64,000 nucleotides of DNA, from contig OZ240221.1 of NCBI GenBank assembly GCA_965197675.1, positions 2,268,669 to 2,332,668 on the forward strand, given 5' to 3'. The translations under genes were made by a program, and so were the position numbers. The DNA is from Dehalococcoidia bacterium. Lineage in GTDB: Bacteria > Chloroflexota > Dehalococcoidia > Plut-88900. The notes below the pieces were generated by a model. It saw only the letters and a program-made list of their open reading frames with translations. It ran no database searches and was not told where the DNA came from. This document shows, piece after piece, positions 56,277 to 64,000 of the stretch (its first letter is position 1; every line of letters starts with the position of its first letter).

Positions 56277-56732
56277 ATGACACTTATCGGAATAGTAATG
56301 GGCAGCAAGTCCGATGAACCCTATGTAAATGAAACCACCAAGGTCCTGGATAGCCTAGATATAGAATACGAGGTCTCCGTTATCTCGGCTCATCGCACTC
56401 CCGAGAAGGCCAGGGAGTACGGTATGACCGCCAAAGAACGAGGGTTGGAGGTATTGATTGCGGCTGCGGGCGGGGCTGCTCACTTGCCTGGGGTGCTAGC
56501 CAGCTGGACAACATTGCCCGTCATTGGCGTGCCTCTTCCCACCACCGACTTGAAAGGCGTGGATGCCCTTCACGCCATCGTACAGATGCCCGGAGGGGTG
56601 CCTGTGGCCACGGTAGCAGTAGGTAATGCCGGCGCACGAAACGCCGCCTACTTCGCCGCCGAGATACTGGCGCTAAAACATCCCCAGATCGCCGAAGCTT
56701 ACGAAGAATATCGTAGAAGGTTGAATAAATGA
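56277..56732 (+). CDS. purE: 5-(carboxyamino)imidazole ribonucleotide mutase
   Basis: IGIVMGSKSD and AGGAAHLPGV. The ATG at 56277 is preferred over the track start at 56199. Confidence 0.9.
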   Translation: MTLIGIVMGSKSDEPYVNETTKVLDSLDIEYEVSVISAHRTPEKAREYGMTAKERGLEVLIAAAGGAAHLPGVLASWTTLPVIGVPLPTTDLKGVDALHAIVQMPGGVPVATVAVGNAGARNAAYFAAEILALKHPQIAEAYEEYRRRLNK

Positions 56733-58036
56733 TCCCGCGATACTCTCGCCCGGAGATGAGCCGAGTCTGGAGCGAGGAAAGCAAGTTCGATAAGTGGCTG
56801 CAGGTGGAGATAGCAGTTTGTGAAGCCTGGGCCGAAGAAGGAGTGGTCCCTCGCGATGCCCTCGAAAAGATACGCGAGGCGCGCTATGACCTTGGCATAT
56901 TCGAGGAGGCGATGCGGGAAACCCAGCACGATATGACCGCCTTCCTCAAGTCCATATATCCCAGCCTGGGCGAGGAGTCTCGATATATCCATCTGGGCCT
57001 GACCACCTCAGATGTCTGGGATACAGCCCTAAGTCTTCAGATGCTGGAGGCGGCCGACATCCTTAGCAAAGACATCGAAGAGGTCCTCCATCTGCTGGAG
57101 AGCCAGGCGATGGAGCATAAAGAGACGGTCATGGTCGGTCGGACTCACGGGGTCCACGCCGAGCCCATCACCCTCGGCCTGAAGCTGGCTCTATGGGTGG
57201 ATGAGATGCGCCGTAACTCTCAACGTCTAAAGGAGGCCAGGAAAGCGGCGGCGGTGGGAAAAATTTCTGGAGCCGTAGGGACATATGCACTGGTATCGCC
57301 TCGAATCGAAGAACAGGTCTGCTCCAGGCTTGGTCTGGAGGCAGCTAAAGTATCCAATCAGATCATACAGCGGGACATCCACGCCCAGTTTGTGCTGACC
57401 TTGGCTCTCATAGCCGCCTCCTTGGAGAAGTTCGCCACCGAGATCAGGGGGCTTCAAAGGACCGAGATACTGGAGATGGAGGAGCCCTTCGGAGAGGGGC
57501 AAACCGGGTCATCTGCAATGCCCCACAAACGAAATCCCGTCATGTGTGAACGAGTATGCGGCCTGGCGCGAGTCATTCGGGGCAACGCTGTGGCCGCCCT
57601 GGAAAACGTGACTCTGTGGAACGAGCGGGACATCAGCCACTCCTCCACCGAGCGAATCATCCTGCCAGACTCGTGCCTGGCCTTGGACTACGCCCTGGAC
57701 ATCTTCGCTCAGATCATAAGGGGACTGACCATCTACCCGCAAAACATGAAGCGCAACCTTGAGCTAACTCGAGGCCTGGTCTTCTCTCAGAGGGTCTTGA
57801 CTCGCCTCATAGAAAAGGGCCTGGCGCGCAACGAAGCCTACGGGATAGTCCAGAGCAACGCCTTGACCGCGTGGCGGGAAGGCAGCGACTTCCGAGCGCT
57901 TCTCGAAGCTGACCCGGAGGTCGGTAAACATATTTCTCGGCAGGAGCTGCAAGAGCTTTTCGATTACCAATTCTATATCCGACACGTAGATGAAGTCTTC
58001 GAGCGGCTAGAACTAAATGGAAGGAAGGATACATGA
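56729..58036 (+). CDS. purB: Adenylosuccinate lyase
   Basis: SSAMPHKRNP signature; ATGA overlaps with both neighbours. Confidence 0.95.
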   Translation: MIPRYSRPEMSRVWSEESKFDKWLQVEIAVCEAWAEEGVVPRDALEKIREARYDLGIFEEAMRETQHDMTAFLKSIYPSLGEESRYIHLGLTTSDVWDTALSLQMLEAADILSKDIEEVLHLLESQAMEHKETVMVGRTHGVHAEPITLGLKLALWVDEMRRNSQRLKEARKAAAVGKISGAVGTYALVSPRIEEQVCSRLGLEAAKVSNQIIQRDIHAQFVLTLALIAASLEKFATEIRGLQRTEILEMEEPFGEGQTGSSAMPHKRNPVMCERVCGLARVIRGNAVAALENVTLWNERDISHSSTERIILPDSCLALDYALDIFAQIIRGLTIYPQNMKRNLELTRGLVFSQRVLTRLIEKGLARNEAYGIVQSNALTAWREGSDFRALLEADPEVGKHISRQELQELFDYQFYIRHVDEVFERLELNGRKDT

Positions 58037-58932
58037 CCACTATTCTCGATACTCATCTTCCCAACATGCTATACCGAGGCAAGGTGCGGGACACCTATGA
58101 CCTGGGCGACAAGCTGCTGATGATAGCCACTGACCGTATATCGGCCTTCGATGTGGTACTGCCCAACGGTATTCCTGATAAGGGCAAGATTCTCTCTCTT
58201 CTTTCGACCTTTTGGTTCGATAAGACGGCCCACCTGGTGCCCAACCACTTCATTGCCATGGCCAATGACGTCCAGGCCCTGAGGGCTATCGGAGATGGCC
58301 CGTCCATACCGGAGCTAACCAACGATGTAGCTGAACGCGCCATGATAGTCAGAAAGGCGGAGCGAATAGACGTAGAGTGCATCGTCAGAGGTTACATAAC
58401 CGGTTCCGCTTGGTCTGAATACTCCAAGCGCGGTACCGTCGGTAGCATGCCAATGACCCAGGGATTAAAGGAGAGTCAGGAATTCCCAGATCCCCTCTTT
58501 ACCCCTACCACCAAGGCTGATACGGGCCACGATGAAAACATGCCCTTCGATCAGATGGAGAACCTGGTCGGCTCGGACTTAGCTCAGACTGTAAAGGAGA
58601 AGAGTATCCAGATCTATAACTTTGCTCGTGAGTATGCTTTGACCTGCGGGATCATTATCGCAGATACCAAAATGGAGTTTGGATTGATCGACGGTCAGCT
58701 GACCCTCATCGATGAAGTATTGACGCCCGACTCCAGTCGCTTCTGGGATGCTGAGCAATACGAGGCCGGCAGGTCCCAACCCAATTTCGACAAACAGTTC
58801 GTTAGGGACTGGCTCACAGGGTCTGGATGGAACAAGGAGCCCCCCGCTCCCGAGCTTCCTCCCGAGGTGGTGGAGAAGACTGCACAGCGCTATGAAGAGG
58901 CTTATCGAAGGTTGACAGGCCAAAACCTCTAG
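58033..58932 (+). CDS. purC: Phosphoribosylaminoimidazole-succinocarboxamide (SAICAR) synthase
   Basis: YRGKVRDTYD, IIADTKMEFG. Confidence 0.9.
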   Translation: MTTILDTHLPNMLYRGKVRDTYDLGDKLLMIATDRISAFDVVLPNGIPDKGKILSLLSTFWFDKTAHLVPNHFIAMANDVQALRAIGDGPSIPELTNDVAERAMIVRKAERIDVECIVRGYITGSAWSEYSKRGTVGSMPMTQGLKESQEFPDPLFTPTTKADTGHDENMPFDQMENLVGSDLAQTVKEKSIQIYNFAREYALTCGIIIADTKMEFGLIDGQLTLIDEVLTPDSSRFWDAEQYEAGRSQPNFDKQFVRDWLTGSGWNKEPPAPELPPEVVEKTAQRYEEAYRRLTGQNL

Positions 58933-58981
58933 TGGGATACTGATTGAAATACCCTGTCTGAAAAGGAATGGTGAAGCAAAC

Positions 58982-59656
58982 TTGGCATCTAGAAGAAGAC
59001 GAAACCTGAACGAGCCTACCCCCCCTAAAACCCTCTGGCAACGCTACCAATGGTACATCATCATGGGGGTGGCCCTTTTCTTCATAGTCACCGTAATAGT
59101 ACCTGCTATTGCCCCAGGTGGAGAGCAGCCAGTCAGCGACGATAACGACACTCCAACAGATGGCACGCCCAGCTCTACGGTTCCGGGTGAGCAATTCTTC
59201 CCCAGCACTGGTTTTGAACACGTTCCCGCAGGGCAGTTGGTCACCTATCGGAACGAACCACCTACATCCGGGCAGCATTGGAACGGGCCAGTGCCCACTT
59301 CCGTCGGTTTCGCGCCGGTTACCTCTGCTCCCGCTCCATGGGATATCTACGATCAGCCAATAAGAGATGAAATCCTGGTGCACAACATGGAGCATGGTGG
59401 TATCGTGATCCTCTACCGGACCACCACAGCGCCTAGTGTAGTTGACGAGTTGAAGGAGTTCGTTCAGCAGCAACCCAACTTCCCGGCGGGTTACATTTTG
59501 GCGCCTAGGAACATTCTTCCCACCACCATAAGTTTAAGCGCATGGGAATGGCGGCTCGACATCAACCAATTCAATGAGCAACTCATGAGCAGCTTCATAA
59601 GCGCCCACTACGATGAGGGGCGCGAAACCATCGACGGTACGCCGAAACCACAGTAA
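58982..59656 (+). CDS. DUF3105 domain membrane-anchored protein
   Basis: N-terminal TM (WYIIMGVALFFIVTVIVPAIA) and the HNMEHGGIVILY core typical of DUF3105. Confidence 0.65.
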   Translation: MASRRRRNLNEPTPPKTLWQRYQWYIIMGVALFFIVTVIVPAIAPGGEQPVSDDNDTPTDGTPSSTVPGEQFFPSTGFEHVPAGQLVTYRNEPPTSGQHWNGPVPTSVGFAPVTSAPAPWDIYDQPIRDEILVHNMEHGGIVILYRTTTAPSVVDELKEFVQQQPNFPAGYILAPRNILPTTISLSAWEWRLDINQFNEQLMSSFISAHYDEGRETIDGTPKPQ

Positions 59657-59672
59657 TTCTCTAGTCCCCAAT

Positions 59673-59930
59673 ATGTTCCTTGCTAAGGTCTTCGTTACAC
59701 TGAAACCTACGGTGAACGACCCCCAGGGTTTGACCATTCTGGGGGCTCTTCATACCCTGGGGTTTTCCAACGCCAAAAGCGTACGCGCCGGTAAATACAT
59801 CGAAATCCAGATCGATGAAGAGAGCAAAGCCCATGCAGAAGAACAGGTGCAGGAGATGGGGCGCAAGCTGCTGGCCAATCCCGTGATCGAGAATTTCCGG
59901 TTTGACCTGGAGAAGCTAAGCCTCTCCTAG
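59673..59930 (+). CDS. purS: Phosphoribosylformylglycinamidine synthase subunit PurS
   Basis: MFLAKVFVTLKPTVNDPQG...; about 85 aa from the ATG at 59673. The track ORF begins at 59613. Confidence 0.85.
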   Translation: MFLAKVFVTLKPTVNDPQGLTILGALHTLGFSNAKSVRAGKYIEIQIDEESKAHAEEQVQEMGRKLLANPVIENFRFDLEKLSLS

Positions 59931-60526
59931 CTCTCTATCACTCCCTTGGTACTGGGGACCTGTCCTGAGATGCGAGAATCTAGCCGGGTGGCGGCATCCA
60001 GTGCCCTGGCGAGGGCCTTGAAGAGGGCTTCTATCTTGTGATGATCGTTCAATCCAGCGAGGAATTTGGCGTGAATATTGATCCGCCCCTCAGAAGCGAT
60101 GGTTTCAAGAAAATGACGGGCCAGGTCTGGCAGCAAGTCCCCCACCATCTCCACTCCGAAGGGAGTGTCTATAACTGAATACCCCCTGCCCCCAACATCC
60201 ACCGCTACCAGGGCCAGGGCTTCGTCCAGAGGCACCACCATGTGGGACATGCGGACTATTCCCTTACGGTCCCCCAACGCTTGCCCAAAAGCCCTACCCA
60301 ACACTATGGCAATATCCTCGACCACGTGATGCCCATCAGGGTCGTTCCTACTCTCCGCCGAAACTTTGAGATCGAAGGCTCCGTGTCGAGCAAGCTGAGA
60401 AAGCATGTGGTCCAGCATGGATAGACCCGTGCTGACTTGGTGCTGACCCGTGCCGTCCAGGTTCAACTCCACCATGATCTTGCTCTCGCTCGTCTCCCTC
60501 TCCAGGAGTGCTTTTCTCTCACTCAT
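59927..60526 (-). CDS. hisB: Imidazoleglycerol-phosphate dehydratase
   Basis: RETSESKI.VELNLDG, DGHHVVEDIAI. The ATG at 60526 is preferred; the track start is 60556. Confidence 0.9.
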   Translation of the reverse strand: MSERKALLERETSESKIMVELNLDGTGQHQVSTGLSMLDHMLSQLARHGAFDLKVSAESRNDPDGHHVVEDIAIVLGRAFGQALGDRKGIVRMSHMVVPLDEALALVAVDVGGRGYSVIDTPFGVEMVGDLLPDLARHFLETIASEGRINIHAKFLAGLNDHHKIEALFKALARALDAATRLDSRISGQVPSTKGVIES

Positions 60527-62990
60527 CCAACTGGTCTCCAATATCTCTAAGGACACTCATCAACGATTCCGTGTGCTCCGGCCTCCCTACGGAAATCCGT
60601 ATGAAATTTCGCAGCCTCGGCGTGTCAAAATATCTGACGAAGATTCTACGCTCTTTAAGTTCCTCGTGGACGTCCCTGGCGTCTCCCTTCGTCACTTCGC
60701 ATAAGATGAAATTGCCGAGAGACGGAAATGGTTGCAGGTAATCCAGCCTGGCAAGCTCATTGAAGAGCCGCTCCCTCTCCTCGATTATAGCCTCTACCCT
60801 AGACATTAGGTGCTTTCGATCCTTGAGGGATTCCAGGGCAGCCTCCTGAGCAAATATGCTCACATTGTAGGGAGGTTTGATCTGGGATATATACGAGGCC
60901 ATCTCAGGGGAAAAGATACCATACCCGACCCTCACCCCCGCCAGCCCCGCCCATTTACTAAAGGTGCGGACCACCATCAGGTTATCATACTCTGCAACCA
61001 GGGGTGCCGCCGTCTGTTGGCAGAACTCGAAGTAGGCTTCGTCTATGACCAATGCCAGCCCAGTTTCTGCCAATCGAATAACGTCCTCCTCGGAGACATA
61101 GTTGCCGGTGGGGTTATTGGGAGAGGCCACGAATATTACCTTGGTTTTAGCATCGATAGCATCCTCTATTGCCTCGACGTCTAGGTCATAGCTCTCGTTG
61201 CGGGAGATCTGCACCTCTATCCCGCCACAGACTTCGGCCTCGAACTTATACATACCGAAGGTGGGAACACAATTGATGATCTTTTCTCCTGGCTCCAGCA
61301 CCAACCTAACTATCAGGTCCAGGAGCTCATCGGAGCCATTGCCTACGACGATGTGCTCCGTACCCAAACCGACGTACTCAGCCAAAGCTAGCCTGAGACG
61401 TCTCTGCTCAGGATCTGGATAAACGTGATACAGATCTTTCTGAGACAGGGCCTCGTATACATTGGGAGAGGGGCCGTAAGGATTCTCGTTAGCGTCCAGC
61501 TTGAGGACTTCCTGTGGCGAGTCGGGGGCCTGGAGCTCTTTTAAGAGCGCTTCTACAGGCTGCACAGGAGTATAGCCCACCATCTCCCTTAGATGACTGC
61601 GTACCAGTCCTCTTGCCTTTGACTCGGTCTTGGACTCTCCATCTCCCGCCTTTACTTTCGTTCCAGGCTTGGATGACGCCCTCAGGTCCAGTGCACGAGC
61701 GTGAGCTTCGAAACCCTCAGAGCGAGCAATAACAGCCCCGCGTGCCGCCATATGCTTCACCTCTTCTGCGTTCAAGGACACCATCGAGGTAATCTTAAGA
61801 AAATCACCGACTCCCAAAGTAGAGCTGTATCGAGCTGCTCCGCCGGTGGGCAAGGCATGGCTGGGCCCGGCCACGTAATCACCGAGAACATGGGGGGAGT
61901 GTTCACCAATGAATATGGCGCCTGTGTTTTTGATCATCGATACAAAGGAATCGGCATCTCGGACCATGAGACACAGATGCTCCGGCGCATACAGATTGGA
62001 CAACTCGATGGCCTCTTCCACTTTGTCGACGACAACTATGGCGCCATTCTGTTCCAATGAGTCTCGAGAGATACTTTCTCTGGGAGAGCCGCTAAGTTGT
62101 CGCTCCAACTCCTGTTCCACCACCTCCGCCAGATAGGCGGAGGTGGTAATCAGAATAGAAGAGGCCTGCGAGTCGTGTTCGGCCTGAGCTATGACATCGG
62201 CCGCGCACCATTCTGGGTCTACGCTCTCATCAACTATAACCACGGCCTCTGTAGGCCCTTGAATGGTATCGACTCCAACCTGCCCGTACACCATACGCTT
62301 GGCGGTCTGGACGAAGATATTCCCTGGCCCGAAGATCTTGTCCACCCTCGGCACCGCCTCAGTTCCATATGCCATGGCAGCGATGGCCTGGGCGCCTCCC
62401 ATAGCGAACACCCTATCCACTCCGGCCATGTTGGCTGCCGCCAAGACTATGGGAGCTATTTCCCCATCGCTTTTCGGAGGCGTGGCCAAGGTCACCTCCT
62501 CTACGCCGGCGGCCTTTGCTGGCCCCGCAGTCATCAACACCGTAGATGGATATAGCGCGGTGCCTCCTGGAACATAGATTCCAGCCCTGCCTATAGGAGT
62601 AACCCTCTGGCCCAGGGCCGCCTGAAAAAAGTCTCTCGCGGCATGCTCTTTAGACTTTAGGTGGTAGTCTCTCACCCTCTCAGCGGCATATTCCAGCGAA
62701 GCCCTCTCCTCGGATGATATCTGTAGTTCGGCAGCCTTTATTTCAGCCTCGGTAACCTTAAGAGTCTTTAGCTCCACCCCATCGATGAGTCGAGCATAAT
62801 CTAGTACGGCCTCGTCTCCTCGCTTAATCACGTCCTCGATGATGCGAGCAACCACCCCTTCGACACCCAGTTCCTCTCCGAATACGTCGACTATCCTCTG
62901 AGAGGCCTCGGGGGAAAGGGTGCCGGGCTTCGGCGCCCGGGCGCTTTCTATGAATTCTCGCGCAGCAGATACGCCTTGAATAATCCTCAA
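60519..62990 (-). CDS. hisDC: Fusion protein: histidinol dehydrogenase (N-terminal ~440 aa) + histidinol-phosphate aminotransferase (C-terminal ~360 aa)
   Basis: One uninterrupted 823-aa ORF with a TTG start. HisD motif IAQAEHD, a Lys/Ser/Gly-rich linker SSKPGTKVKAGDGESKTESKARG, then HisC motifs LDANENPYGPSP and RTFSKWAGLAGVRVGY. Confidence 0.85.
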   Translation of the reverse strand: MRIIQGVSAAREFIESARAPKPGTLSPEASQRIVDVFGEELGVEGVVARIIEDVIKRGDEAVLDYARLIDGVELKTLKVTEAEIKAAELQISSEERASLEYAAERVRDYHLKSKEHAARDFFQAALGQRVTPIGRAGIYVPGGTALYPSTVLMTAGPAKAAGVEEVTLATPPKSDGEIAPIVLAAANMAGVDRVFAMGGAQAIAAMAYGTEAVPRVDKIFGPGNIFVQTAKRMVYGQVGVDTIQGPTEAVVIVDESVDPEWCAADVIAQAEHDSQASSILITTSAYLAEVVEQELERQLSGSPRESISRDSLEQNGAIVVVDKVEEAIELSNLYAPEHLCLMVRDADSFVSMIKNTGAIFIGEHSPHVLGDYVAGPSHALPTGGAARYSSTLGVGDFLKITSMVSLNAEEVKHMAARGAVIARSEGFEAHARALDLRASSKPGTKVKAGDGESKTESKARGLVRSHLREMVGYTPVQPVEALLKELQAPDSPQEVLKLDANENPYGPSPNVYEALSQKDLYHVYPDPEQRRLRLALAEYVGLGTEHIVVGNGSDELLDLIVRLVLEPGEKIINCVPTFGMYKFEAEVCGGIEVQISRNESYDLDVEAIEDAIDAKTKVIFVASPNNPTGNYVSEEDVIRLAETGLALVIDEAYFEFCQQTAAPLVAEYDNLMVVRTFSKWAGLAGVRVGYGIFSPEMASYISQIKPPYNVSIFAQEAALESLKDRKHLMSRVEAIIEERERLFNELARLDYLQPFPSLGNFILCEVTKGDARDVHEELKERRIFVRYFDTPRLRNFIRISVGRPEHTESLMSVLRDIGDQLDE

Positions 62991-63739
62991 TCCAGATATT
63001 CTCCGGCCAGCTTTACAAACTGGTCTATGGACTTCTGCTTGAACTCGACAAGGATTCGGTCGGGTACGTGAGCTTGTGCTCTGGACAAGAGTTCGGCCCC
63101 CGAATCCACCAAGGAGTCCACGTGGTCTGGATCTTTTTTCAGGTGATCCGGCAGCGCCTTTTTAGCATACCTACGGAAGTGCTTCCACGGCAGTTCATCG
63201 GATGTCCTGTCGAATATGACCTGTTTCCAGCGTCCCAAAAGCTCAGGGCTGATGAACCCAACTGCCACACTCTTGTCACTGTCTTTAAGCAGATAGAGGA
63301 CCTCGTCTATGGAGCCAAGTCGGGACCGCTCTTCACGGTCCATGTGAAATTGCAAGGCCCTGTCCATCACATTCCTCATGGGGTCTTTGGCTATGGTAGA
63401 CGACTTGCCAAAGTACCTGCGATAGACGTCCACGATCCAGGTCTCATCCGTCACCAGATGAGATATGTACCCCACCACGAATGTCTTAGTCTCCTCGTTT
63501 AGATTGGTCGTTTCCCCCAGCTCCGGATAATGACGAAAGAAGCGCTCGATACCTTTGCCCAGAGGATCGGTGTTCAGGTGAAAGAAGTGGGTATCGTACC
63601 TCTCCCAACCCGCAACATTGCGCACGTCCGGAGAGGTGGAGCCTAGAAGGTAGCTTCCCAGGTGCTTATTGATGCTGGGGTGATCCAGGGCCTTGGCGGC
63701 ATCTTTAGCAAAGGATATATGTAGTGAGCTGTTTGGCAT
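62987..63739 (-). CDS. Zinc-dependent phospholipase C-like family protein (metal-dependent hydrolase), function unknown
   Basis: N-terminal H.SFA......L......LGSYLLGSTSPDV......THFFH pattern. TTGA start/stop overlap with hisDC. Confidence 0.4.
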   Translation of the reverse strand: MPNSSLHISFAKDAAKALDHPSINKHLGSYLLGSTSPDVRNVAGWERYDTHFFHLNTDPLGKGIERFFRHYPELGETTNLNEETKTFVVGYISHLVTDETWIVDVYRRYFGKSSTIAKDPMRNVMDRALQFHMDREERSRLGSIDEVLYLLKDSDKSVAVGFISPELLGRWKQVIFDRTSDELPWKHFRRYAKKALPDHLKKDPDHVDSLVDSGAELLSRAQAHVPDRILVEFKQKSIDQFVKLAGEYLD

Positions 63740-63759
63740 AGAGCAGTAGACTTAACTCC

Positions 63760-63999
63760 CTAGTTCGACTTGTTCAGGGCCTCAAGTAACCGGTCATAGG
63801 CCTGGCTGCTACCCTCGAAAACGTAGGAAGTAGGCGACACCGTGATGCCGTTGCCCCCTATCTGCCTGAGATGCTCCACGGTGGACATCACCTTGTGTCT
63901 TTCTACAAGCAGAGTGATGGCGTACCATTGACCATCTTCGTTTCTGCTGTAGACAGGGGCGATGGTGGGGCCTTGAATCCCAGCGATTTCCGGCCGGGC
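63760..63999 (-). CDS. hisG: ATP phosphoribosyltransferase, C-terminal regulatory domain (partial; 5' end beyond the window)
   Basis: My translation ..PTIAPVYSRNEDGQWYAITLLVERHKVMSTVEHLRQIGGNGITVSPTSYVFEG..* matches the HisG long-form C-terminus. Stop codon at 63760-63762. Confidence 0.7.
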   Translation of the reverse strand, partial: ARPEIAGIQGPTIAPVYSRNEDGQWYAITLLVERHKVMSTVEHLRQIGGNGITVSPTSYVFEGSSQAYDRLLEALNKSN

Positions 64000-64000
64000 C

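Noticed and set aside
58814-59473. 219-aa minus-strand ORF
   Set aside because: It is antisense to purC and the DUF3105 gene and has no motifs.
1-64000. tRNA, rRNA, tmRNA, RNase P, integrase or prophage genes
   Set aside because: Scanning the intergenic regions by eye found no tRNA-like T-arm or acceptor patterns and no rRNA-like stretches. No ORF had integrase, recombinase or phage-structural motifs. An Infernal/tRNAscan run would be needed to be certain.

Overview
Gene-dense bacterial chromosomal window with about 60 protein genes. I saw no rRNA, tRNA, CRISPR array, integrase or intact transposase. GC looks mid-50s % by eye (not computed), with one clearly AT-rich spacer at 38.7-39.1 kb. 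All functional calls come from motif and family recognition on the supplied translations or my own translations; no searches were run. Gene content hints at a marine Chloroflexota-like (SAR202-type) organism, which is inference only: archaeal-type ApgM mutases, the DapL lysine route, a DUF5679-like mini zinc ribbon, many amidohydrolase/SDR/FAD-oxidase paralogues and a plant-type LRR surface protein. Layout: (1) 1-4.8 kb, methylcitrate operon prpD-prpB-prpC-prpE on the minus strand. (2) 4.9-12.4 kb, catabolic enzymes including a hydantoinase and a comD-comE-TenA-like-SDR operon. (3) 12.4-15.7 kb, small accessory islet: a truncated Fe-S oxidoreductase remnant, a NucS-like PD-(D/E)xK nuclease, a Vps62/NPP1-like hypothetical and a decayed gap. 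(4) 17.4-26.2 kb, the most unusual locus. A 1443-aa membrane-anchored FN3/LRR giant is followed on the same strand by five tandem signal-anchored paralogues plus a truncated sixth. Their C-terminal halves resemble the LprG/LolA-like lipoprotein encoded at 35.8 kb, and two copies are nearly identical. Short repeat modules bracket this locus and recur in a 187-bp tandem repeat at 54.2-54.8 kb. (5) 26.5-38.7 kb: a polytopic-membrane/EEP fusion, a PIG-L deacetylase, D-aminoacylase/DmpA/amidohydrolase genes, an LprG-like plus MFS pair, plsY and an extra apgM. (6) 39-44.3 kb: htpX, a LysR regulator and phnDCEE-type ABC transporter genes. (7) 44.4-54.1 kb, housekeeping: hflX, dapL, dapF, miaA, tpiA, apgM, pgk, tsaC, guaA. 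(8) 55-59.9 kb: purD-purE-purB-purC-DUF3105-purS. (9) 59.9-64 kb: his operon hisG, a PLC-like gene, a HisD-HisC fusion ORF, and hisB.
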